From assembly GCA_964106645.2 (NCBI GenBank), contig OZ067040.1: 64,000 nt of DNA. The stretch is one strand, 5' to 3'. The stretch's first letter is position 1. Every line of letters starts with the position of its first letter. The position numbers were made by a program, and so were the translations under genes. Positions 13,501-25,572 of this stretch are shown one piece after another. The stretch comes from Podarcis pityusensis. Lineage: Eukaryota. Under the pieces are notes generated by a model. The model was not told where the DNA came from, made no database searches, and was given only the letters and a program-made list of their open reading frames with translations.

Positions 13501-16339
13501 CACTGTGTTTTAGAACTGGTCCCTAAGATCTCATTTCCAACCTTTATAAACCATAAAGTACTTGAAATTAAGCCAATACTTTCCCATTGGATATTTCTGC
13601 CTGCACCATGAAGTAAACTGTGTGTTGTTATTTGTAATCAGACATATTCAGAAGGTGATTAACTTGGAGTACCTGTATATTGGATGTGATCAATTATCTA
13701 GGAAGCAGGTTTAATCAAAATGAGTAGAACTTCCTATGGGCCTTGGTCTAAATCTAAGTATTTCAGTTCAGCTGTGAGTGGAGCTTTACACACTGATCCT
13801 AAATGCACACCTGTATGCATGTGAATTTGCAATATTGCCAAGTTATGGTGCTGGTCCTCAAGTTGCTAATTTTAGAATGTCACTAGAACAAATTATGCAG
13901 GAGAGACTGAGCATAGTACTCTACAGCAGTATTGGAACCCAGACTGTCATACAATTCATGAAATGAGTTGATTAATCATATGAGTTTTAGTTGATTCATT
14001 GATTAAATGTTGGCCAAAACAATTGCCATGAAGCAAGAAGCATAGGTTTGCTTTTAGATAGTGGACACCATCTTATCTGATGCATTTTCTCCTATTTGAG
14101 AGAAAAGCAAGAATTAAGATGATGTTTAATATGGTGTATTGTTTTAATACTTTCCAAAGAATCAGGAAACGTTTAAAATATTAATTGATTAAATTCAGGC
14201 CCCCTAGTTGGAACTACTATCAGTCGGGCTGCTTTAGTTCAGTAACTTCGGGCACATCCAACCAAAGTTGGTCCCATTTAGTTTTGGGGAGAATCAAGCA
14301 TATGTTTAACTTGTTCCTATTGAAATCAATGGGACTGTAATGTGCTTAACGTTGACTAAACCTCACCCCATACTTTTTTGCTTCCTATATTTCTGAAATC
14401 TACATTGTGTCTGTGTCTTTTGTACACTGTACCATCTCAAAAGAGGGAGGAAGAAAGTAAATGTACCTTTATTTGCAGTTGTTACCCTAAAGGGCACTTT
14501 TGAGGAGCTGAAGACAGCTGCGATAGTAATTAATGCTTTCCGGTTCTCATATTTGTTAGCTCTGACTCCGTACACTATCTTGGACAATTTATAAATGTAA
14601 CAAAATCACCTTTATGCATCACAAGAATAATTTACTATGTTTCAGTCCACTGATCTGAACATGCCTTGCACAAGAAAGAACCCAAACTTAATATCTTTTA
14701 AAAGGCCACCTGAAGAAATATTTCAGTGACTAAAAATAAAATAAAATCTAGGATAACTATTAACACTGAACTGAGGGAAACATTGTGGCACAAAAAGCAG
14801 AAAATCTACAAAGTTCAATGAGGAGATGTTTTGTCCTAATTGTAAATAGGGAGCAAAATCTTTCTAGTTTATACCGCAGACATGTTCAGCCTCCAAACTT
14901 AAACTTGCAAACTTTGTGGACAACAATGCAAGGAACCCTAAGAGAGATGTTATACAGAAGTCTTAGCTCTCTTCAAAACCGTATCAACCAAGTAATTTTT
15001 TTTCTTTTTCTTAATCAGCAGCCACTTGTAGTCAAACTGTCCTTAGGATGTAGGTACTGAGGCGGCTCCTGTGGTGTCCCCTCCAGATGCTGTTGGACTG
15101 CAACTCCCATCAGTCCTGATCATTGGCCATGTGGAGTAGGGCTGGTTGGTTTAGTAGTCTAGCCACAGCTGGGAGGCACCATGTTGGCTGCTCATTGGTT
15201 ACAACACATCACAAGGCGGAAGCAAATCTCAGGGTTCTCCTGCCTCCTTTCATTTGTCATTTTCCCCCAGTTAGAGCATCTGTGTTTCCAAATTCTTCCT
15301 TGGCATTGACACTAGAATGGAGCTTAGAATCCTAAAATCATGGAGCAGTGTGCACATGCTGACCTAAAACCATAGGGCTGGGGTTGCCAACATGGCACAG
15401 AAGTGCCCTTAAGAATAGCCAGTGGCACTCACAAAGCCTCTGAGACCCCTCCCCCACTGACTGTCCTCTTTGTCATGAGGCGGCATAGCTTATTACCTCC
15501 CCCCCACACCACTTGAAAAGCATACAGAGGAAGGAGGATGTTGGAAGGGCCTTAGCTCTTTCCTATTTCTGTTTCAGCTCCATGTGCTTCTTAAGGCTCA
15601 GGTCAACATGTGAACAAAAAGCCGAGCAACCAAGAAGGCAGGAGGGAAAGGAGAGCCATCTAGGAGACGGGGGCAGGAAAGGAGAATAGCCAGAGGGGAT
15701 AAAGTGGTGCACCACAGGAGCTGGGAGAGAAAATGCCACAGCATGAAAGCATGGACCCTAGGCATGGATACTCATATTTTTACACCTTTCAGAATGTGTC
15801 CACAGCTGTGTTCTGTGATTTGGGTGTGTTTGTTGGCATCCTGTGTAAAAACCGCGAAGATCTGTGCCTTCAATGTTTTTGTAGTGCTGTGTAGTCTACC
15901 ACTGTAAGCTTTCACTTCTTGACTGTGCTTTTTGTTGGGAAGGGGGTCCACAGGGTAAATTCATGGAAATTCAAAAGGCCCTTTAAAAATTCTGCTGGAA
16001 CCAACTTTAACTCTGACCTGGAGAGACTGAGCCAGGGAGGGAAGGAGAGAAGCAGCCACAGAAGATGTTGCCCACAGAACTCTCTCAGAATCCCCAATGT
16101 GCCTGTGGACCCAAAAAGCTTGGTGATGCCTGCCCATAGGGACATATACCAATTCTGAGCATTGCTCCATTTAACTCACTACTGTCTACAGCAGCTTTCC
16201 CAAAACTGGTGCCCTCCAGCTGTTGTTGAACTATAATTCACATCAGTCCTCATCGTCAGCCATACTGGCTGGGGCTGATGGAGAGTGGAGTCCCACAACA
16301 TTTGAAGGACACTAGGTGAGGCAATACTGAACTGTACGG

Positions 16340-16462
16340 ACTGGCAATCTCCAGGGCTTCAGACAGGATTCTTTCCCAGCCTTCGTGAAGATGACTGGGA
16401 TGGAACCTGGGACCTTTTGCGTGCACCCAGCATGCACTACCAGTGAGCTACATCTCTTCCCT
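16340..16462 (-). mobile_element. tRNA-derived squamate SINE; related copies at about 38630-38735 and 63019-63140
   Basis: Minus strand carries A-box-like gtagctcactggtag and B-box-like ccaggttccatccc; body shared with the 63019-63140 copy. Confidence 0.65.
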
Positions 16463-17945
16463 ACACTTTATGATAGTTTTATTCCTTATTTCTCAAGTGT
16501 GCACTCAGTTGTCTCTGCTGCTAGAAGCTGATAATCTGACTCCTCTTTCTCTAAAAGTTATGTATGTTGTTTTTCCTCAAAGAAACCATATTTATCCAGT
16601 TTCATAGATACCTTGAGTATGTGGAGAGTCTATATAGTACCAGAAATTTAAAGGGTCACATTATATATACCCTGGCCTGGCTTGCTGCAGCAGCAGCATT
16701 TTAAAATAATGACCATCTACATACCTGGGGGTAAATGGCTGCCATCTTAAAGTCATTCATGAATAAATTCCATTGGTCTAAATGAGATTTATTCATGGAT
16801 AAATGATAACTCTTGGTACTTTTTTATTAAAAAAACCAACAACCCATGAAGTGAATTAAGCATCTCCAATCTCTGCAAATAACATGGCACCTAAGCACAG
16901 CCTTTCCAGTTCTGCTGACCACCTAAAAGGATTTACATAGCACCACCAATTCTTGGTTCTTGCTTCCTACATTTCAAGGGATGTTGCTAAACCATTCATT
17001 AGGGTACCTCCATAAATTGCATTTATGGCATCTAGTGGTGGTGGAAGAGGAGCATAAGAAGTTGCCTCTTCCACTATCGTCCAGGCAGCTGGAAAAACTT
17101 GAACATTTTCATTTTAGTGTGGAGAACCTAACTTTGATTGCCAGCAACGTCCACCAAAACATTAAGTTCTAGACAGGGATGCCAACTGAGCAGAACCCCC
17201 CCCCCCAAAAAAAAACACTACTCTGGCCTGCTTGTGAACCTGTAACAGTCACCTGGTATGCAGGAATGAGTAGAAGTGTGAGAAGATGAAACATATCGCT
17301 TATTAATTCTCACATATTAAGTTGCTACTAAAGGCACAAGTACTAGGGCTGGTACAAAAGCTGGCAACCCTAATCCCAGATAATGATTTCTACTTAAAAG
17401 TAATGGAATTAAAAGCTATGATTTACACACACACACTCTGTGGGGATGGCTGGTAGTAGCAGATAGCAACAGAAAACCTTGCTGAATTTGTATACAACTT
17501 TTTTAATGGCAGAGCTCCTGTGCCTGTTGATTAATGGAAATCCAGAATGGGAAGTTTTCCCTTTGCTGCAGCTGCCTGCTGGGGATACTTTACCTGCTCA
17601 ATTTATACCTGCCTCTATCATTAATGGGGCTATTAAAGGAAGGGGTGGGGAGAGCTGACCAGATAAGCTTCTTATAAATTTTCATATTTATTCAGGGCCT
17701 GTAGACACCTACGTTTCTCATGAAATGTACACCTAAGAAACAGGTTTTGCCCCTCACTGGAGAGCCAGAGTTAATCTCAGTGGCAAAATTGGTTTTATTG
17801 TTGAGTAACAGGTAAAATGGCTCCTAGTTTCCAAAACTTGAAAGTGCTGCATAACTATTAATAGTGCAATCTTACACATGTCTGCTAAGAAGTAAGTTGC
17901 ACTGACTTGATCCCAGTTACACATGTATAGGATTGCAGCCAAAAT

Positions 17946-17948
<3 letters not shown>

Positions 17949-17987
<39 letters not shown>
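17949..17987. repeat. (TA)n microsatellite
   Basis: Perfect dinucleotide run. Confidence 0.95.
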
Positions 17988-17989
<2 letters not shown>

Positions 17990-20619
17990 GCCATTTTAGG
18001 CTTACGCTCCATGCATTTGACAAAGTGAAATTTAGCCCATGAAAGCTCATGCCATTAAAAGAAAGTTGGCCTTTAGGATGCCACAAGATCCTTCATTGTT
18101 TTTGCAACTCAGTAGAGGACACTTTTGCTATCACTGCTGGGAAAAGCTGTGCTGGTTGGGTTTTTGCCAGTTATACAACTGTCAAATGTACAAAGACTCC
18201 ATACTGTGGGAAAACCCTAGTGATCAAGATTGCCCTGCTGTCATATTGGAAGCAAATGGATAAATTGTGCCTTTTTAAACAATGAGAAGTAAGGTTGTAC
18301 TGTTACTTTTGCATCCAGTCCTAAACACCTTTCACCTGGGAGGGATTTGGTTTAAATAAAAATTCATTTCAAGGCTATGCATTTAGGATCATGATGTGCT
18401 CGTGGACAGTAGTGCAATGATCCTGATCTTAGTAATCAAACTACCTATTATATGCAGGCAGTGTGGTTTCTTACCCCCCACCCCGAACTTTAAAAAGAGA
18501 GAAAGAAAAGGGAAATCAGTAATCTTATGGGGAGGGGGTGAATAGAAAGGGACTATTTAACCCTTTGCTCTCATGACAATTTTCCATTCAGAATTGCCCC
18601 ACTCAAGTGTCTCTCCAACGTTAATTAGGTAGTCTCCATTCTTCACTAGGGAAAGAAGTCAGAGAGGTAATTGCTTGCCCCAAGGCCAGAATGAAGGAAG
18701 TTGAACTTGCACCTCTCAACCTTTCTGCTTTCCTGCTCAGCCCTTTTCTCCTGCTCTTCTTGGCACCTTCCATTAATACATCTCTCTAGTGCCATCTTTG
18801 CCAATCTGGTGTTCTCCAGATGTTTTGAACTACAGATCTGGGCCACCACAGCCTGGGGCAGATGGAAGCCGAAGCCTGAATTATCTGGAGAGCACCAGTT
18901 GGGGAAGGGTGCTCTAGGAGGAGAGGCCTTGGAAATAGTTGGAGAAACAAAGAACCCTTGAAGAAGAAGTGCATATGCCCTTGGCAATGCCGTTTGCCCC
19001 TTTAGGAACAGAAACAAGAACAGCCAAGTGCCAGTGTCCATTCAACTTTCCTTTTTGCTAGATTATCAGTTAGGCTGCAGTCTTATGCCTGCTTTCACTG
19101 GGAGTGATCTACTTGCATTTAACTGAGTAGGATTTACTTCTGGCTAGGCATGTATACACTTAGATTGTTAGTTCACAGAGCACCAGTTCAGGGCTGAGTA
19201 TTACCAATCCTGTGTCTGGTTGCTAAGTGACTTGCTGTCTTAGGAGTGTGCAGGATTGCAGCTAAACATCTGAATAAACACACTTTTAGTTGATGCCTAA
19301 GGTGCTTTCTTGACTGTTTGGCCAACGTCCACCACCAGCCTCCCTCTGAGAACAATCTAGGCCTCCCTATGTCTCTAATCAAATGCAATTTTTCTCTTCT
19401 GAGTCATGATGAAAATAATTTCTATTCCTCTTTTTTGGAGGGAGGGGTGTTCTTAAAACCCGTCTTGTTGAATCAATGCATGTATATAGTTTGTTTTGGG
19501 ATTTTTTATTTTTATTTTGAGGCCATCAGCACTGAATACCCTTTTCTGAAGGACAGCTCTGATTAAAATCAATCTTCTACTCTTAACATTTCAATATATG
19601 CAATTAATGAATTAATGTTTTAATTGCACTGATGAATGTTCTTGGCCATGTTTATAAAATATTCTTTCTCCTGGTTGACGTTTATTCCAATATTATATCA
19701 TGCTCATGTGTTGTTGTTTTTTTAAAAAAAGTTTAAAACAATCATGTGACTTAGAGAACTGCAGATGGCTAAAGTCAACCTTCATAGTGTAACCCTTTGT
19801 GTGCCAGCGTGTCTATCACCACTCTATTAAGCTCATTTATGTGACAGTAAATCACGTTGCATTCAGTGGGTTGCGCGTTCCAGCAATGAGTTTTAGGAAG
19901 CAAGGTTTGAAGCTGAAATTATAAGACAAATAGATATACCGAATATAGGAGTGTGAAATCTACAGTCTCTCCTTTCTATGCCAAAATCGAGTCCTTTATT
20001 TAAATCAAAGCAAAACCAACATCTACTCTTCTTGAATAGTCTTTCCATAAAAATGAAAAAATGTCATCGGTTTTAGCGACTCTCAGAAAAGAAGGGGGGG
20101 GCAAACGCGGAGAGGCATTCAATGATGAGTTTGTATATATTTATTTATGCTTAATTTAACGGGATTGTGTAAATATGGCGAGCAAGTAGTTTTGGGGTTA
20201 TTTATCTGTGACTATACCTCTGTGAATGGGTGGGGAATTTAAACCAAGAAGAAGAAAAACGATCAAAAAGACAAAAAAAAATTACAAACGCTTGACTCTA
20301 GATAGTACCCAATCTGATCTTTTTTTCTGTTCTTTATAGACAAGCTGTTATGGTAATGGGTAGAAATTGGTTTCTTGTCCAGTGATGACCTGATTTACAT
20401 AAATAATAATACGAATTTAAAAAAAAAAAAGATTGTTGTGTTTTGTTGTATTTTCCTCTTCAGATATTTTTTCCCCTTTTTTAAAAACTATGTTGGTGCT
20501 GCTTCATTTCTGAAGATGGATTTACTTCCGCAGCCAAGACAAAATCTTTTCTTTCCCAATCTGGACTTTGGGAAATTCAGGACCCGGTTCTACAGTGGAA
20601 AGAAATAAACGTTGCTTCT

Positions 20620-21330
20620 CAGAAGTGCTGCCCCGTTGACTGTGTCTGATTCCTCTCCCAATTCGCCTGCGACCCTAGGCCGCTGCCCCCCGGCTGCCCT
20701 CCTCCCGCCTCGCCCCACACCTCGGCTTTCCTGTCGCCTCCGCAGCGCAGACTTGCCTGGAAGGCGGCTCTTCGCGAGCGCGTTGCCTTCCAGGGATCCC
20801 GGGGAACTCCGGTCCTCGCTCGCTCCAGGCTCGGGGCGCGGCGGACGCCAGCTGCGCTTTGGACGCGCGCTGGGCAGAAGCCGGCGGCGCCCGCGAACTC
20901 CTTTGGCAAAGGAGCAGGCCGGCTCGCTCCCGCCCAAAGAGCTGCTGCCAGTCTAATGGACACATGGCCGGCCTCTTCATCCTCACCAGCCAACGAAAGC
21001 ACCGCAGATTAGGAAGGCAAGCCTCCAAACACACACAGCCGGCCCACCCCGAGGCAAGGTGAGGCAACCGCCTTAGGCGGCAGCAGTTTGAGCCTCCAAT
21101 GAATGCTTGGCCTGCTACCACTGCCCTTAGGGCGGCAACAGCTGAGGGGGGCTTCTTGGAGGCCGGATTCCTTCGCAGCCCCTCATCCCCCTGCTGTCTC
21201 TACAGCGCCTCTTGGCAAAGAGGAGCCACTGCCAGTCTCCTCCCACCCTGGTTCCAGATGTGGATCTTCACTCCTTCTTCCCTGCTAGGGGAGAAGCGCA
21301 CCATTTTGCGGTTTGCCACACGGCCACGCC
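20620..21330. promoter_or_regulatory. CpG island immediately downstream of the inferred TFAP2B 3' end
   Basis: Abrupt switch to very GC- and CpG-rich sequence (e.g. ggggcgcggcggacgcc, ggacgcgcgctggg, ccggcggcgcccgcg). Confidence 0.85.
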
Positions 21331-23984
21331 CCCTCTCTCTCCCCCTCTACCCCCTCCCTCCCTCCCTCCCCCCTCCCCACACAGAAGAAAGCCTACTCCG
21401 AAGCAAGTACCATTGAGTTCAATGGAATTTACCCCAAGTCAGAGTTTCTGCATTGCCGCATTAGTTTCCTAAAGGCTCCATTCTTCATCATGCCTAAAAG
21501 AACAAACTGTAAACACAAACACACAAAGATACCTATAACCATACAAACAGCACCCCCCACTCCCAGTCCAGTGTGAAAGGATTTGTCAATCCAAACAGAA
21601 ATATCCTCGGACCTCCACTCCAGACCCTAAAAATTATGAAATAGAGTTCCAATAGTCTTATATTGTTTCAAAGTACGCTACTCAGTTCAGTTTGTTGGCC
21701 TGATGGCACAATCGACCGAGCAGCTGATCCCTCTTTTTTCCGGTTGAAGTAGCTTGAAGATACCGCATTCTGGAAAACGTTCACACGGTCGGTCTGGATT
21801 CAGCGAAGTCTGCTCACCCCTCCTTCAGTCCCGTTCAGTTTTAGAGCCAGTCAAGTTAAGGGAAGGTTAGAGAATTGATTGCAAGCGTTACCATTTTTCA
21901 GTCCACGAAGAAACTCTCTCCCTTCCTCCCCTTAATACTCTCCATTATTCTGTAGGATGACTTTATTGCTCAATATTCAAAATATCACGCAGAGAGAGGG
22001 GGGTCTGGGGGATTCTCTCCAGTTTTATGAGCCTGAATCCGAGCAACGGTTTTTTGTTGTTGTTTTGTCCCCGCCAAACATCCCCGCGGCTGGTGTCACG
22101 ATGTGACCTACTTTGAAGCCTCTGGAAAGGACCACGTTTGCATTTTACAGCTGCAATAAAAAAAGACATATATTGGGAAGAATCCTGTATAGTAGACAGT
22201 GGAAGGGAGCGATTGCTAGGCGAAGGTAAATCCATGTGCATCCCGATTCTAAACACATTTGCCAGGAAATGCGATCGATTTCCAAGTCAATGCTTAGAAT
22301 CAGAGAGAGGGAAAGGCGTCTAGTCTAACCCGATGCAGGAAATCCGCTCTGAAAGGTGTTGACCACCCAACCCCCGAAGCAGAGTTCTTCAGCGTCCGAG
22401 GCAGTTTGGCCCACAAACAGAAATACCCGCCTAGGAAAGGCTAACGCAGGTTCCTGAATCTTTCTGATTTCTGTTACACTGTAAATGCGTTTCCTCTTTG
22501 CTAGTCTCCGCAGAGCGTCCTTCCAAATACGGTTGGTTTCCTAGGCTGGGGCCTGGAAAGGCTGAGATGGATCCTAACCCTGCCCTGCCGGCCTCTACTA
22601 TCGGCGCGAGACTTGCTGCCAAGGGGTTCAGGCGCCCGAATTTAGGTGCAAGGGATGCGCTTGCCGTTTTAGGCTAAGCTGTAAGGGCTGGGTACACACG
22701 ACCTTCAGAATACATTCCAAGCACACTGGGCACTGTAGTTTAGCCTGCACAGAGTTCCAATTCGCAGCAACCCTTAACAGGCTACAGTGCGCAGAATTCC
22801 CTGATGGGCTCCGAATGCGCTTTAAAGGCACCGTGTGTCTGCAGCAAGGAAAACAGTCGATAGCGTCGCCCGCGAAAGGACTCAGGCGTCCTTTCCCACC
22901 CCTGTTTCCCGCCTTGCAGCAGGAATGGTTCTTTCTGCTGGGGGAACTTTCTGACTGGAACGCCCCCAAAGCTCCCAAAGCACGCCGCGCTCCGATTGGC
23001 TGGCAAGCACGAAGGGAAGTTTGGTTTGTGAGCGAGGGAAGGGGTAAAAAGCGAAAGCAATGGATGAGCTGTCCAGTCCTCTGTCGTCCCTCCACTCTGA
23101 AAGAAAAAGGGCGCAGCCGATTCAGAGAGTAGACCCATAGAAACCCATAAGCTTAAGTTGGTCGCGATAAAGCGACTCTTCTTAGATTGCATCGCAATAA
23201 CAATTTAATAGCGTCGGCACGGAGAGGGGAATAGTCTTCCTCGGGGTTTTGTCCCCCACACTGCCCCACGGTTACACTAAAGTTGGTGGGAACCTGAGCC
23301 CGGCACCACCATCAGAAGCAGCTCATAAATGCGCATATCTGCGGATCAGTAAACGCCTCTCATTTTAGAGTGACTAGCCCAGCCGCCTAGACTGGTGGGC
23401 GGGTAATAAGTCTGAAATAATAATTGAATCAATAAAAAACTAATTTTGAGGGATCTGGGCCACCAGTCTTTGACAGTTAGGAGCTGGGTTTTCAGCTGTT
23501 TCTTTCTTTCTTCTTTTCTTTTTTAAAAAAAGTTATTGAAAAAGTATGAAGGTATTTTCTTATTTTAACCTGGCAGTACGTTCCACTGAAATAAAACAAA
23601 AGGCCCCGATCTAGCCATTATTTGTGACCCGAGTCCTATCGGAAGCAATGGAGAGCAGCAAGTTCCTGGCAAACGACTTTGTCGCATTGTTTTCTATGGG
23701 ACGGTCACAACTAACTTAAGTGGACTGGAGCTACGTGTTTAGGATCCGGATGTAGGATCAACATTGGAATGACACGTAGAGGTGAGCCGCCCTTCTCTAA
23801 TAGGAAATCCAATCTCCCTTTTCATCCTTACGGCTCTGTCCCTTTAGTTTTATGTTATGTTGATAGAACCCTACCAATAACTTACCTTTGTCCGGAATTG
23901 TCCGGAAAAGTACTAAATTTCTATTTTCCACACTGTCCCCATAAAAGATCATTTATTTTCTCTGTTCTGAATTAGCAACTGGCA

Positions 23985-24075
23985 GCGCAGGCCTAACCAC
24001 GTCTACTCAGAGGTAAGTCCTACTGAATTCAACGGGGCTTACTCCCAGGGTAAACGGGCTTAAGACTGCCGCCTC
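23985..24075. mobile_element. Short hairpin-type MITE family; other copies at about 19075-19175, 26620-26725, 32070-32170, 33340-33430, 37155-37245, 47550-47625 and 54510-54570
   Basis: Shared inverted-repeat pattern gc...cctatgc...tactcagaagtaagtcc.actga.ttcaatggg.cttact...aggattgcagcc. Confidence 0.6.
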
Positions 24076-25504
24076 AGACGTTTTCCTATAGCGAGCCTTC
24101 ATCTTGATTCCTGCGGTATAAACAACCTATTGTGTCGCCGGTTTGAAATACATCTGGCGTTCTGCTTCTCTCTGAATTTCTGACTCTGTCTATTTGCATA
24201 CTCTTTGACTGAGTGGCCCATCCTCGGGACCTGGGAAGCCAGCCCAGTAGCAGGGAAATCGACAGCAATGTTGATGCATTTGGGACGCGGATGAGAGATC
24301 CCAAGCCTGACTTCATAGTCATTTTATTAAAGAATTCTCCGAAGAGCCATCGCCTCATTATTGATTAAGCTGGCTTTTAAAACCGATTAATAGGTTCAAT
24401 TGAAATGCACCTGCCTATTAGGAAAATCAAAATTTATGTTTTCTTCATTCTCCCCCAAAGGTATGAAAGTAACACCTTTTTGAGAGAATGAAGAAAATGT
24501 ACTCCTAGGAGTAAAAGGGGTCGGGATAGTGTTTATCCTCACTCATTAAAATTGCCCTCCACGGATTAATCAGCCAAAATGTATCCATAATTTGGAACAT
24601 ATAACTCTCCCTTCCTCCCCAAGAGGAGCCCATGGCGGTTCACAATAGACACATTAAAACAATTTAAAACGACACTATGACGTAATGATTACAGACAGCA
24701 GTGAAAACCAGCAGTGTAAAAACAACACTAGTTGCCTGTTACCCTCCCAAATGAAAGGACTCAAGCTTGCACCTGTAAAACAACAACAACAACACCACCC
24801 TTTCAGGTGTAAATCAGCCGTGAGTCTCACACTCGAATGTCCTCGTGGCCACTAAGTCACTTCTAAAAGGTAGATTGGCCCCATTAATGCAACTACCCCA
24901 CAGCCCCGGAACTCATTGGCTTCATTCAGGCAGCGATAAGTGCAAGAAGGGGCTGGTGGATCTCGGGGCGCCATCCCAGCCCACGATAGACTGTGGGCGG
25001 ACACCTCTGCTCCGTCCCCGGGCTCTGTGGTAGACACAGTATGCTTCAAAGCACACTTCGTAGCACATTCTTTCCCTAGAATTCTGGTCGCTGTAGTCTA
25101 CCCGCCACAGAGTTACCCTTCCCAGAAGCCCTCAACAAACTGCAGTGCCCAGAATTCTTTGGGGGAGAGAAAGCGCGTCGAATGTGCCTTATAAAGGCAT
25201 AGTGTGTACGCAGCCTTCATTACTGGATCTGGGTGACTATTTAAAACTAGCTGAAAACAAAGAGACCTTCAGGATCCCATGCGAGGTGCCTGGGAAGCTA
25301 GAACCATCACTTCCACTTCCGTGTGGAACAAAGCCAAACAATGAGAACAGAAATCAGCCATAAACAAGCTTGCTAGTAGCTGGCCCCTTTGGAGCAGGGC
25401 TGGGGAGGCTGTAGCTCCCCAGATGGGGTCCCACTGGCCGTGTTGGTTGGGGCTGATAGTTGGTTGGGGCCGTAGTTCTGTCCTCCTGCAACGACCGATG
25501 CATG

Positions 25505-25572
25505 TTTCCTGCATTGCAGAGGGTTGGACTAGATGACCCTCAGGGTATCTTCTAACTTTATGATTCTATGAT
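25505..25572 (+). mobile_element. CR1-type 3' tail (SINE/LINE remnant)
   Basis: ttcctgcattgcagaggggttggactagatgaccc...tatgattctatgat. Confidence 0.75.

Larger units (their letters stand above)
10598..20430 (+). other. TFAP2B: Putative long TFAP2B 3' UTR
   Basis: Proximal AT-rich UTR block (ctttaaaatattggattgggctttggaagaattata, about 10700-10740). Distal block 19560-20430 has UTR-terminal character (TGTATATA, TGTAAATA, ATTTA clusters), then CATAAA at 20398, an A-run and a GT/T-rich tract at 20432-20460. The 3' end is inferred. Confidence 0.55.

Noticed and set aside
20590-21576. Many overlapping 60-150 aa ORFs on both strands
   Set aside because: Expected from stop-codon scarcity in a CpG island; Arg/Pro/Ala/Gly-rich with no domain.
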